Assembly (NCBI GenBank): GCA_036785375.1
Contig: JAWMAR010000032.1
Span: forward strand, 11,346,001-11,410,000
DNA from: Leucoraja ocellata
Lineage: Eukaryota
DNA: 64,000 nucleotides
Direction: 5' to 3'
This document shows, in pieces, positions 13,261 through 25,627 of the stretch; the stretch's first letter is position 1; every line of letters begins with the position of its first letter. The position numbers were made by a program, and so were the translations under genes. The notes beneath the pieces are model-generated. The model searched no databases. It was not told where the DNA came from and saw only the letters and a list, made by a program, of their open reading frames with translations.

Positions 13261-13642
13261 TTTGAGCAGGAAGCGCCGAGCACCGCCGCCAACAAGCGGA
13301 GGTAGAGAGCTGAGGTGCAGCAGGAGCGCAGCGCTGTGGATTCAGTGCGGGGGGAATCGGCGCGCTCCCCGGGGTGGATGGATGCGTCTCTCCGGGGCTG
13401 TGCACGACCCCCTGTGGCACATCGGGCCTAGAAACTGCCGGCGTTGGAACCCAGGGTGGAAGCAGAGCTCGCCAACGGGACTGCTCCGCTCGCCATCGCC
13501 CACGTCTACAAAAGATACAAGCTCTGCAGGCATTTCCTCTCTCTGATGGCCAGTCTTTTCTGCACCGGTTTGCCAGAGCTTTTACACACAGGTCTGACAC
13601 ACCGGGTCCAGAGGTTGACGTAATTTCGCATTTCAACTCCAA
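13200..13642 (+). other. KBTBD11: Probable non-coding first exon of KBTBD11 (5' boundary unknown)
   Basis: CpG island ending at CAA|GTAAGT (GT at 13643); candidate partner acceptor ttttatttcttgcag at 19671 precedes the CDS. Confidence 0.5.
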
Positions 13643-15089
13643 GTAAGTGGGTCTGGTTTGCTTTTTTTTTTAATCTCGTTTGTTTTTTGTGGGTAACAGT
13701 GTGTTGGCATCGCACTCAGAGAAAGATCTGTTTCTAATTCCGAGCCGCAACATAACAGCAGACAACACATCAGCAGACGCCTTTAATAAATCATCGCCAA
13801 CCAGATCCTCAGCCTCTAGTTCCTTAAAGATCAGTGATAGTTTTAAACGGGGAATGTATGTAAAGACTATTCAATATTATTTAAAATTGTGTCCCTGGTC
13901 GATATTGGGACCGATGCAGCCTTGTGGATACAGTGGGAATGAATGCTTGTTCTTTTTTTTGTTCTACATTTGCTGCTCATTGCTTTGGTAACTCCGTTAT
14001 ACCACAGACACAGCCTGCCCCCAGTCCTCAGCCTGGCCTGGCCACCGAATCTGCTGTTATCCCCCCCCCCCCCCCCCCCCCCCTCCTTCCCAGAGAATTC
14101 CTCCGGAGGATTCTTCCTTGCAGGGGAGGCATTTAAAGAGCGGGCGCCTGCAAGTGATGTGTTCTCCCAGCTCGCTGGTTCACACAGCCGCCCACCCCCC
14201 TCCTCCAAGGTCGCAGGCGGCGGTAAATGCCAACACCTACCCCCCCGCCGCTAAACAGCAGAGGCATCTTCACTTTTGCTGCATCTTGCACAGAATGCCT
14301 GGCCTAAGTATTGTTGTCATCCCCACGACAAATAAGCGCTGCAAATATTCTTCCTTTGAGCGGCGGAAAGTATTGGATACCATTTAAAAAAAATCAATTT
14401 CGACAATTGAAATGCTGGAGTAACTCATCGGGTCAGGCACCATCTCTGGAGGAAAGGGATCGGTGGCGTTTCGGGTCGGAACCCTTTTATTCAGACGCGG
14501 TCTAAAGAAGGATTCCGAGCCGCAACGATGAGTTACTCCAGCATTTCTGGTGTCCACCTCCGGTATAAACCGGCATCTACTGTTCCTTCCTACTCATTGT
14601 TTTTAATTGGTGGGGATTGAACGGCTGTTTGCGATCGGCGAGTGCCGGTTTGCAGGCACGATTTAGTTCGAGTCGTAGCTAAGACAAAGCTGCGATTGGT
14701 GTATCGCGGCCGCCGCCCGTACGTACGAGGCTCCAGTGCAGCAGAGCACGTTGTTACACAGTGTAACATGGCCTTTCAGCTGTAGTCACGACTGTGATTG
14801 TCCACTCTCTCCCACGCACGCTTTGCTGTATTGAGTGTTCTTACTCATAGCATTGCAACAGGGAACAGTAAACAGTCTGTGCTGGGACCAAGGTGTATGT
14901 ATCTGTATGTCCCTGCTGTTGTATCAGCGCGTCTAGCCAGCATCGCTGTACACCGCAAACTGTACTCCACGCCTCCACACACTGTTCCTTTAAACCCGCG
15001 CACAGTGAACCTATTGATCGTTTGCTGACGATAGACACCAAATGCTGGAGTAACAGCGGGACAGGCAGCATCTCTGGGGAGAAGGGATG

Positions 15090-15125
15090 GGTGACGTTTC
15101 GGATCGGGACCCTTCTTCAGACTGA
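15090..15125 (-). ncRNA. Minimal hammerhead ribozyme motif in Penelope terminal repeat (best-preserved copy seen)
   Basis: Minus strand UCAGU-CUGAAGA-A-GGGUC-CC-GAUCC-GAAAC-GUC-ACC: core CUGANGA, stem II, GAAA, palindromic ACGU stem III, GUC cleavage triplet. Confidence 0.6.
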
Positions 15126-17261
15126 GTGTTGGAGAGAGAGGGAAGAAGAAAGCAGGACTGTGACGCTCGCTATCTCACAGAGTAAAACAGCCCCGCGTTT
15201 CATTTTAAAACACCAATGCTGAATCTCCCGGGGGTTGAGGAATAATCTTGTCTCCGGGTATTCGGTGCCAAATCGCACCCTTCCTCGAAACTTAAATCCT
15301 TTATAAGTTTTCATTAGGAGCGCATTGATTCTAGTCCGCCATTCAATCTTGGGTGATCTATCTTTCCCTCTCAAACCCATCCTCCTGCCTTAACCCCTGA
15401 CATCCGTACTAATCAAGAACCTGTCATTCTTAATATTATACGTGAAATGAAAAGCCGCTGTTTGAAGTTTTCTAATGGGTTAAAATGTTGAAGGTTTTTA
15501 AAATTCTATTTCACTTCAATTTCAATAATGCAGAGAAAACCCCGACACTATTTCTACAAAAAAGCAGAACTTCTAATTAGGTGAACACCTCTCTCCCGTT
15601 GTGTCCCAGTGTCCACGCGGATATTATTTATTAACCTGAGGTGTAATCTTGTGATTCACACGGCAGATGTTGGGATTCCCCGAAGGAAGGACGGTGATAT
15701 TCACAGCGTCGCATTATTAGTTTTACAGTGAAAAACAGCATCGCCTTTGTACCGACCAGACTTTAGTTCCAGGGACTGAGGAAGCATCTCCACCCGAAAC
15801 GTCACCCATTCCTTCTCTCCAGAGATGCTGCCTGTCCCGCTGAGTTACCCCAGCATGTTGTGTCTATTACGACAGCTGAGATTGTACGATATTGAATCAA
15901 TTACCGTGATAATATGGAATTTATCCAATCTAACTCTTTCCAGCAACAGGCAGGGAATAAAAGATCAGTGGTTGCCCGGTGGAGTTGAGATATCATTTTA
16001 GAGGGAACTTCTCCAGAGGCGGACGTGGGTAACACTTCAATAACCTGAGGAATCGCTGTTCAACATTTGGCCAGAACCGAGCCATTTGATGCGGTGGTGA
16101 TGGCGATCGCTGCCGGTCCTCAACTCGGTAGACCTCTGTTCCCCTCCATCTGCCTGGCCCGGGGTAGGTTCTGTACACCTGGAACTCGCCAACAGCAGGC
16201 ATACAGTGCTTCTCGTCTGCTTATTAACTGGAAAGGTGTTGTTTACTGTCCATCTTTCCCTCTGAGTTTGAAATATTTCATTATATCACTTGTGAAATCA
16301 ATTCCCTGAACTGCAAGGTCCTTTGTTTCATCTCATTGGAAGTTAAATCTTAGGAGTCCAGCTGTCAATCTGATTTTTTTTTTAATGGTGGACACTGCTC
16401 GGTCCAGACTGGTGCAGACTGACCTCCCCACCATCGAAGGGATCTTTAGGAGGTGCAAGCTCAAAATGGCAGCCAGCATCATCAGAGACTCACACCATGC
16501 TTTTTTACTCCTACCATGGGAAGAATGTTCAGGAGCCTGAAAACCATGACTACCAGCTTCTAGGGCAGCTTCTTCCCAACAACCATCAGTCTCTAGAACA
16601 TTACACATTAACCTCTTTCCACACTCCAAAGATGTGCAGGTTTGTGGAGTCATGGAGTGATATAGAGTGAAAACAGGCCAATAGGCCCCAACTTGCCCAC
16701 GCCATACAACATGTCCCAGCTACACTAGTCTCACCTCCCTGCGTTTGCCCCATATCGCTCCAAACCTGCCCCATCCATGTAACTGTTTCTTATACTTTGG
16801 GATAGTCCCAGCCTCAACTACCTCCTCTGTCAGCTTGTTCCATACGCTCACCATCCTTTGAGTGAAAAAGTTACTGCCCAGCTTCCTATTAAATCTTTTC
16901 CCCTTCACTGTAAAACCTTACCCTTGTCGGTTAATTGGCTTCTATAAATTGTCCCTAGTGTGTCGGATAGTGCTAGTATACTGGGTGATCGCTGGTCGGC
17001 GTGGACTCGGCGGGCTCAAGGGTCCGCGCTGTATGTCTAAAGTCTAAAGATTCATGCCTGAGGTCATGATGCAAGTATAAAATAATTTTATATTTTCACA
17101 TTAATTTAAAAATACTGCATTTAATAATCTTATCTCGCAGATGTTCAGCGGTGTTGCTTTCTGGGAGAGCCAGCTCAGGTCAGGAGTTACATTGTGCTTT
17201 ATATGAATTAATTGGATGCCAGATTGGTGACTGAGAGATGAAATATATGACATAGGTGCAT

Positions 17262-17905
17262 TCGGAAAGATTGGGATTGATTGGGGATAGTCAGCATGGT
17301 TTTGTGCATGAGTGATTGTGTCACACGACATTGTTTTTTGAAGTAACCAAGAAGGGCGACTGATATGGTCACTCTGGACTTTAGCAAAGCCTTTGATAAG
17401 GTTCCGCATGGTAGGTTGCTCTGGAAGGTTAGATTGCATGAGATCCATGGAGAGCTAGCTAACTGGATATAAGAAGGGTCCCGACCTGAAACGTCACTCA
17501 CCCTCCAACCAGAGATGCCAGACCCGCTGAGTTACTCCACACTTTGTACCTATTCCTAAACAGAGGCTGTATTATGGACTGTTGGCCCATGACTAGCCTT
17601 CGGAGTGGATGCTGAGCCCATTGTTGTTTTGTCATCTGTATCAATGATTTGGAGAGAATGTACAAGGCATGTTTGATTAGTTTACAGATGACACTAAAAT
17701 AGGTGGTATCACATGCAGTGAAGATGTTATCAAAAATTTTAGCAGATGTTGTAATTTGGGAATTCAAACCAGAGTAGGATTTTCATTGTGGATAGCAGGG
17801 CCTTGAGTGTTAATGTGGAACAGAGAGACCAGAGTGTACAAGTTTATAGTTCCCTGAAAGTGGCAACACGGGTGGATAGGGTGGTGAAGAAGGCTTTTGG
17901 CACAC
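17262..17905 (+). mobile_element. CR1 LINE RT remnant
   Basis: SQHGF, LDFSKAFDKVPHGRLLWK, LFVICINDL, FTDDTKIGG motifs. Confidence 0.75.
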
Positions 17906-19911
17906 TGGCGGAAACAGGCCCTGCGACCAGCGATCCCGTGCACAGGCATTATCCTACACACAGTAGGGACTATTTACAATTTGACTAAAGCCAATTAACC
18001 TACAAACCTGTACATTTTTGGAGTGTGGGAGGAAACCGGAGCACCCGGAGAAAACCCACGCAGGCCATTGGGAGAACGTCCAAAATCCGTACAGCCAAGC
18101 ACCCATAGTCAGAATTGAACCCGGGTCTCTGGCGCTGTAAGGCGGGAACGCTAGCACTCCACAGTGGACGGCTTGATTGTCATATGGTCTTTCTGCTGAC
18201 TGGATAGCACACGACAAAAAAACGTAGCACTGTACCTCGGTACACGTGACAATAAACACAATTAAATGTATACTTCCATCCAACTGTGAAAAGTTTTTGC
18301 TTGCGTTGTTTTGAAAATTCAGGCATGACACTGCAATTTTATTCAACTGCAAGGAACATAAATTGCATAAATTGCACACAAATGTGGGAGGGAATTGCAA
18401 GTTCTGGCAATTGTGTAAACGGTGTTATTGTGTGTAACACCTCTGCTCATTGGAAAGGCAAATAGCCAAATTGCCCCCTCCCTTTTGCTGGTTTTACAAA
18501 CAAAGGCACTTTTAAAGTTGCAAAGTTGAACCGGCCGCATTACTGTTGAGAGTAAATGTAGTTTTATGATTTCTCATTACAGTGGCGATTCTCAGAATAG
18601 ATCTGATTTAACCAGTCAATTCAGATGTAGATTTAAATAGGACCGAGTCTTGTATATAATTGGAGATAGACACAAAAAGCTGGAGTAACTCAGCGGGACA
18701 GTCAGCATCTCTGGAGAGAAGGAATGGGTGACGTTTCGGGTCGAGACTTGTATATAATTGGGTTACTCGCTTTCAATTAAGTAACACCTCTTTGTGTTTA
18801 ATTCAAAGCCTAAAACACTAAAGAAACTAAGTCCTGGGGAGTTGTTGACAAAACAGTAATCATTGAAGAAGGGTCTCGGCCAGGAACGTCACCCATTCCT
18901 TCTCTCCAGAGATGCTGCCTGTCCCGTTGAGTTCCTCCAGCATTTTGTGTCTATCTTCGGTTTAAACCAGCATCCGCAATTCCTTCCTACGCATTGTTTA
19001 CCAACCTTGTAAACGGGCGATAGCTACATAACCAATCATTGTTTGCAGTTGTTCACTTGAAGAATTGTAAGGACCGATTGACCTTCACATTACTTATTGT
19101 GTCTAATGTATTTACAGGAAGTCAGGTTAACTTTTTTTTAATTTTGTACTGTTAAGGTCATCAGCTTTTCACTGCACCTCGGTACACGTGACAACAATAA
19201 ACTAAACTAAAATGTTGTGTAACGAGGAGATCGGAATTTCAAGGCAACTTTCCAGAGCAAGAAAACAATGATGACAACCACATCAATTGATCACCAGTCA
19301 GCAAAATATGCATAGTATTTGCTATGTTCTGTAATTTTGAAGAGGTTGTTTTAGAGATATAGCGTGGAAACAGGCCATTCGGCCCACCGAGTCCGCACAT
19401 TAACACTATCCTACACACACTAAGGAGAATTTACAAATTTACCGAAGCCAATTTGCAGTGTGGAAGAAAACCAGAGCACCCGGAGAAAACCCACGCGGCC
19501 ACAGGATCGAACCCAGGGCTTAGGTGGTGTTAGGCAGCAACTCTACTGCTGCGCCACCCTTGTCTTTGATCAGATGTTTCCAAAATGGCTAGAAAATATA
19601 TTTCACCTTTTCTTTAAAAAAAGAAAACGATAGCTTTGAGATTTAAAAAATGCTGTTTTTATTTCTTGCAGATTGGGAGACGGGACATAACAGGGACACT
19701 CACTGGGGCTGAGCAGAAACCCCTCTCAGCTGGAGCCTACGTTGTGGAGACACGGCCGATAACACAAGCGAGCTTCACGTCCTAGAGGTCATTTGTTGCC
19801 AATCCATCTTGTTTGAATTAATGCAAGACAAGGGGTGAAGGAGCAAAGCGATCTGTGGATGACCTGCAAACACTACCTTCGCCGGTGGATGAGTTGGTCT
19901 TTACCCGGTTG

Positions 19912-22275
19912 ATGGATCGGTGTGGCCAGGATCTATCTACCCTCATCGATGATCCCTCCCTGCAGAGAATTGAGAACTCGCAGTCCCAGCTCTTCGGAGC
20001 GGCGGGCAGTCGGTGCCGAGGGCAGGGCCACCGTGGAGTTAACACGTTCAACCACAAGGACGTGCATGGTCTGGGCGGCCGGACCGCAGATGTGGAGGAG
20101 TTGGCGGCGGCTGCAGCTGCCGGGTGCGAGCAGCGCGGGGACGCGCACCAGGAACCTTGGCGGGGGCGCGGGGAGGCAATGATCACCGTGAACGGCGAGG
20201 TGTGGTCCCCGGGGTCTGGTCCCGGGGCCGCGGCAGAGTCGCTGGCGGATGAGCTGCGTCTTGTCCGTGTCCGTGTCCCCGACACAGGGCGGGAGGCAGA
20301 GTGGGGTCGCGGGGGCGCGGCTTGTGGTTTCGGCTCGTCCCTCTGCTTCACGGCGGGGGCGAGCGGCGACGAGAGCGCGGCGGGGGTCGGGGGCGAGCAC
20401 GGGGGCGAGCCTGTGGTGGACAGTCAGCGGCAGATCAACAACAGCGGGATGCACGACCAAGCGGCGGGGGCGCGCTGGAGCCTGGACGGGGGCGAACTCG
20501 GGGACGCGCAAGAGTATGGAGGCGGGAGCGGGGACGCGCAGGAGCTTGGAGATGGGATCGGGAGCGCGGACATGACGGGGGCGCGCTGGACTCTGGAGGC
20601 GGGCGGGCCCGGGGACACGCAGGAGTCTGGAGGCGGCCCCGGGGACGCGGATGGAAGCGGGGGCGCGCAGCCCGAGCCCGACCTGGTGATCGAGGTGGCG
20701 GGGCGGCGCGTGCGCGCGCACAAGGCGGTGCTGTGCACGCGCAGCGAGTTCTTCCGCGCGCGGCGCTCGCGCCAGGTGGTGCGCGTCCGCGGGATCGCGC
20801 TGACGGTCATGCGCGCGCTGCTGGACCACGCCTACGGCGCGCGCCTGCAGGCACCCACGGTCGGGGGCGCGCCTGACGGGGACGTGGACGCGCACGCCGC
20901 CGCCGCGCTGTTCGCCGCCGCCCACGCGCTGCAGATGCCGGGTGCGGTGCGCGCGGCCGAGAGGGCGTTGCGGGAGCAGCTACGGGCGCGCGCTTGCGGG
21001 CAGCTGCTGGATGTGGCCAAGCGGATGCGCGCTCCCGATCTGGCCGACCTGTGCCTCGGCTTCATGAGCGCGCATTACCTGGACGTGTTGCGCGACCCCG
21101 CCGTCTACGGCCGCCTGACGGCTGCTGAGCGGGAGCTGATCCTGCGGCGGAGGGAGGAGGCGGGGGCGCGCTGTCTGCTGCTGGCGGAGCTGGGCGACGG
21201 GCACGAGCGCTCGGGGGCGAGCAGCAGAGACAGCAGTCGCGCGCACAGCCCGTGCAGCCCGGAGCGCGCTCCCGGCGAGGAGGAGGTGGAAGGGGACGGG
21301 GGCGCGCGCTGGGTGCATCGCCGGGACGCGCGCACGGGCGAGTGGCGGCGGCTGTCGCGCGTGCCCGAGGCGGTGTCGGGGGCGCGCGGCTGCGGCGTGT
21401 GCGCGCTGCACGGCTACCTCTTCGTGGCGGGCGGGACGCGGGGCGGGGACGAGCTGGCGGGGCCGCGCCCGTCTGCGCGCGCCCTGAGCTGGGAGCCGGC
21501 GACGGGCGCGTGGCGGGAGGCGCGCGCCATGGGGCGGGCACGCGCGCGGCCGCGGCTGGCGGCGCTGGACGGCCGCGTGTACGCGCTGGGCGGAGACTGC
21601 GAGCTGGCGGTGGAGAGATACGACCCGCGATGTGACCGCTGGTCCCCGGTGGCGCCGCTACCCCGGGGCGCCTTCGCCATCACCCCGCAGGCAGCAGCTT
21701 GCTCCGGCCGCCTCTACCTCACCGGGGGCTCCCTGTCCGCCCGCCTGCTCGCCTATGAGCCGCGGCGGGACGAGTGGGAGGAGTGTCCGGGCAGCCCCGG
21801 TCCCAGTGGCCGCGCCGTCGCCCTCCTCGCCCGCCCGCCCTGGCTCTACCGCCTGGAGCTGCACCGGGACCAGTGCTCCCTGTCCGTGCACCGCTACAAC
21901 ACGGCGGGACGGGTGTGGGTGCGGGCCGCCTGCATCAGCCCCGGCCCCGGACCCGGACCCGGACCCTCCCTGCATCTGCAGCCCGCCCGCTGCGCCCTCC
22001 TCGGCCGCTCCGTCTACCTGCTGGGTCGAGCCGCCCTCCTGCGGCTGCTGCTGCCCCGGGACGGCGGTGACTCCGGCGGCGGTGGATACAGGGGGCGGCG
22101 GCGGCAAGGGGAAGGTGCAGAGGGGCAGCAGCAGCAGCAGGAGGGCGACGAGGAGGAGGATGGCGAGGACTTCTCCTACCGCCTGCTGCCACCCTGTCTC
22201 CAGGCCCGGGGGCCGCTCTTCCCCGTCGTCCTGGCCTTGCCCGAGAGCCCCAGGGACGGGCCGGGGTCGGGGTAA
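19912..22275 (+). CDS. KBTBD11: Kelch repeat and BTB domain-containing protein 11 (single coding exon; alternative start ATG at 20179)
   Basis: Uninterrupted ORF. BTB: EPDLVIEVAGRRVRAHKAVLCTRSEFFRAR; BACK-like FMSAHYLDVLRDPAVYGRLTAAERELILRRR; Kelch: YLFVAGG, VYALGGDCELAVERYDPRCDRWSPVAPLPRGAFA, YEPRRDEWEECP. N-terminal CGFGSSLCF motif and position upstream of MYOM2 fit KBTBD11. First in-frame ATG is 19912, with in-frame stops upstream; acceptor AG at 19670-19671. Confidence 0.92.
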   Translation: MDRCGQDLSTLIDDPSLQRIENSQSQLFGAAGSRCRGQGHRGVNTFNHKDVHGLGGRTADVEELAAAAAAGCEQRGDAHQEPWRGRGEAMITVNGEVWSPGSGPGAAAESLADELRLVRVRVPDTGREAEWGRGGAACGFGSSLCFTAGASGDESAAGVGGEHGGEPVVDSQRQINNSGMHDQAAGARWSLDGGELGDAQEYGGGSGDAQELGDGIGSADMTGARWTLEAGGPGDTQESGGGPGDADGSGGAQPEPDLVIEVAGRRVRAHKAVLCTRSEFFRARRSRQVVRVRGIALTVMRALLDHAYGARLQAPTVGGAPDGDVDAHAAAALFAAAHALQMPGAVRAAERALREQLRARACGQLLDVAKRMRAPDLADLCLGFMSAHYLDVLRDPAVYGRLTAAERELILRRREEAGARCLLLAELGDGHERSGASSRDSSRAHSPCSPERAPGEEEVEGDGGARWVHRRDARTGEWRRLSRVPEAVSGARGCGVCALHGYLFVAGGTRGGDELAGPRPSARALSWEPATGAWREARAMGRARARPRLAALDGRVYALGGDCELAVERYDPRCDRWSPVAPLPRGAFAITPQAAACSGRLYLTGGSLSARLLAYEPRRDEWEECPGSPGPSGRAVALLARPPWLYRLELHRDQCSLSVHRYNTAGRVWVRAACISPGPGPGPGPSLHLQPARCALLGRSVYLLGRAALLRLLLPRDGGDSGGGGYRGRRRQGEGAEGQQQQQEGDEEEDGEDFSYRLLPPCLQARGPLFPVVLALPESPRDGPGSG
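20464..20660 (+). repeat. In-frame coding tandem repeat in KBTBD11 N-terminus
   Basis: GARWSLDGGELGDAQEYGGGSGDAQELGDGIGSAD followed by GARWTLEAGGPGDTQESGGGPGDAD; 111-nt period with 30-nt subunits. Confidence 0.8.
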
Positions 22276-23790
22276 CAGCCCTGTTTGTGGAGGGGAGAGT
22301 GGGTGGGGTAGTTGTGGAGGAGGGGGTCTTGTGAACACGGCTGGAGGTGGTGAGGGGGAGTGTGTTGTCCCATGGAGATCAGTGGACGGGGCGGGGGCAT
22401 TGTCCAGTCTATGGGGAGCCCAGGCCGGGTGATGGGGTTTCTCAAGCGGTCACAGGTTCAAGGTGGGGAGGTCAGAGTTTCAGAGGGAAGAATCCTCACC
22501 CTCAGATGTAGTTGGAGGGGCTGGCGGAGTTAAAGACAACACCAACCCTTTGCAAGGTATCTCCGCAAGCTCTCGAATCACCAAAGGGGGCTGCGTCTTG
22601 ATTGATGCATCGGGCAGCAGGGATGGGATGGGCCGAAGAGCCTGCTTCTGGACTCTGCGACTTGGTGCTGCGGCTGAACACTAGTCTTTACTGGGGACTG
22701 ATCTCATCTCAACCCTGGCCTTCGGTGAACCTCAAGCATTTTGGGGGGCTCTGCCAGTCAAATGAAAGGTGGAAGGATTTTGTACAGAGGCGACGTCCAA
22801 GGTAGACACTTTTGTATGTGATTTTCATGAAATAATGACCATTGTAAAGATTTAAATCTGTCAGTTGGTGCTTTTGTAAAAGAAAACTAATATTGTTGGG
22901 AATCCAGATGCAGAATGAGGTGGTGTAAGCATGTGTGTAAATTACATGGTGTATGCATGTTATTTTTCCCACTACAGGTGCAAGTTCAATCAGACGCCAA
23001 TTATGTGATTGGCGTTAATATAGTCAACGATTACTGGGGTTAGGGTGACCCTCAGTCCCCAGACCCCAACCCAAGCACAGTGGTTGTGAGAGCATGTCAG
23101 TCAATGCAGAGGCAGCACTACTTCGTGTCAGTACTTCGGGGAGGCAACACTGAGCATGTCCTCAAATTATCACAAGCAGCTGTCTTAACAGTGGCGCGGC
23201 GGTAATGTTGCTGCCTCACAGCGCCAGAGTCGTTCGATCCTGACTACAGGCGCTATCTGTACGGAGTTTGCACGTTTATTCCGCCTGTGACCGCGTGGGT
23301 TTTCTCCGGGTGCTCCACTTTTCTCTCACACTCCAAAGACGTGCAGTTGACTGTAAATTGTCCCTTGTGTGTAGGATCGAACTAGTGTACGGGGTTGTCG
23401 CTAGTCATCACGGGCTTGGTGGGCCAAAGAACACTTCTCCACGCTGTATATCTAAAGTCTCAACTTTAGTGAGAGATTGTCAGATACCAGAACTTGTGCA
23501 GGCCTTTGGGAGAACACTTCTAAGGAAGTTTATACAGATTTATTGTTCACATTATAAATGCCGGCCTGATTATTGCCTCAGATGCCGTACAGTCCATTGC
23601 TGTCATGTTCTATCGTATGTTTGGGAAAGTGTGATTATTCTGAAGTTAGCAGTAACAAAGATCTTTGAGGGATAAGGTATTTTTTAAAGAAGGAATTGTA
23701 AGTAAACCTGGTTTGTTTCAGATTGTTGGAATATTAACATTTATTCTAGTTTATGCTTCATGAATTTCTGATACTTGAAACATTAGGACT

Positions 23791-24237
23791 TTAGGCGGGA
23801 CTGTCATATGAGGAGAGATTGAAAAGACTAGGCTTGTATTCACTGGAGTTTAGAAGAATGAGGGGATATCTTATAGAAACATATAAAATTATAAAAGGAC
23901 TGGACAAGCTAGATGCAGGAAAAATGTTCCCAATGTTGGGCGAGTTCAGTCTTAGAATAAAGGGGAGGTCATTTAACACTGAGGGGAGAAAAAACCTTTT
24001 CACCCAGAGAGTTGTGAATTTATGGAATTCCTGCCACAGAGGGCAGTGGAGGCCAAGTCACTGGATGGATTTAAGAGAGAATTAGATAGAGCTCTAGGGG
24101 CTGGTGGAGTCAAGGGATATGGGGAGAAGTTAGGCACGGGTTGTTGATTGGGGATGATCAGCCATGATCACAATGAATGGCGGCGCTGGCTCGAGGGGCC
24201 GAATGGCCTCCTCCTGCACCTATTTTCTATGTTTCTA
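23791..24237 (+). mobile_element. CR1 LINE 3' fragment
   Basis: LSYEERLKRLGLYSLEFRRMRGYLIETYKII...FTQRVVNLWNS; tail ctatgtttcta. Confidence 0.9.
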
Positions 24238-24251
24238 AGTGGACTTCAAGA

Positions 24252-24522
24252 GGCCGGCAAGGTGGCACTGCGGTAGAGTTGCTGCCTCACAGCACCAGAG
24301 GCACAGGTTCAAGCCTGACCATGGGTGCTGTCTGTATGGAGTTTGTACGTTCTCCCCATGACCATGTGGGTTTTCTCCGGGTGCTCCAGTCTCCTCACAC
24401 ACTCCAAAGACGTGCAGGTTTGTAGATTAATTAGCTTCTGTAAATTGTCCCTGGGTGTATGGGTGATCATGGTCTGTGCGGACTCGATGGGCCATGTTGT
24501 TTCTCTTAACTAAATGAAACTA
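24252..24522 (+). mobile_element. V-SINE (HE1-like)
   Basis: tRNA-like head, V-domain, shortened tail. Confidence 0.85.
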
Positions 24523-25322
24523 ACTGATACAGATGAAGGCATTACTGCTTAAAATAGAGAGCAACTATTCTATACTTTATGTTAACTACAGTGGAAGCAT
24601 TCAATACCCAGATTTTGACAATTTCAAAACTCCAATAATAACAGCAGTTTCCTAGGAAATATCCTGTATTTCCTATTTTCTATTTGTTTACAACACTCTT
24701 GATATCCTGTGTGCAAGTCTCTGAACTACTTCCTCTACAAAATCAAATACGGTGATTGTTCTGCAGTGAAGAATCTTGTGACATAAGCAGCCATTTGTAC
24801 TGAAGCTTTTTAAAGGTCAAATATCATATTTTGATACTTAAATTTATTTTTTACAAAGTAATCACTATTTATTGTTATATTAGCTTAAATCTCACCGTTA
24901 CCAATTGGCTCAGGCATTATGGCATTTATACTTTGATCTTGTCTTTCACTGCCCCATTTAATATTTCATCATTCAGCATTGAAAAAAAATGACAATTTTA
25001 TCTTCATTGTGTTGGTTTTTATTTTGCTAAATACAATGGAACAGTTGATGCTTCTCTCTGTTGACAAGGCAGTGTTCATTGTTGTATGCATTGAAATCTT
25101 CAGCTGAGTTGAAGGCTCAGATTAAGGCAGCAGCAGGCAGTGACACAGACCAGTGACTATCCTTTTTGTCCAGTCTAGTGACTGGGAAACCAGTAGCAGT
25201 TGCAACGTGTTCTGTATCCAAGAGCAACATGGCTGTATTACAGATTCAAGCGATGCCTTGTTTAAAAGCAGACAATCAAGAACGCTTGCTTGCGGATGTC
25301 GAAGTAGAGAGTTAACCATTCA

Positions 25323-25627
25323 TTTAGTTTAGTTTAGAGATACACCGCGGAAACAGGCCTTTCAGCCCACCGAGTCCACGCCGACCAGCGATACCCGCAC
25401 ACTAACACTATCCTACACACACTAGGACAATTTACAATCTTTACTGAAGCCAATTAATCTACAAACCTGTACGTCTTTGGAGTGTGAGAGAAAACTGGAG
25501 CACCCGGAGAAAACCCATGTGGTCACGGGGAGAACATACAAACTCCGTACAGAGAGCACCTGTAGTCAGGATCAAACCCAGTCTCTAATGCTGTAAGGCA
25601 GCGACTTTACCGCTGTGCCACCGTGCC
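25323..25627 (-). mobile_element. V-SINE (HE1-like), full length
   Basis: Reverse complement of the consensus from ggcacggtggcacagcgg to (CTAAA)n. Confidence 0.9.

Noticed and set aside
19855-19911. ORF-track start of the 806-aa ORF
   Set aside because: It is a GTG codon; the first in-frame ATG is at 19912.
19818-22432. Many long overlapping or antisense ORFs over KBTBD11 (e.g. 19933-20925 minus, 21632-22432 plus)
   Set aside because: Expected by-product of extreme GC content (few stop codons); low-complexity peptides with no recognisable domain.
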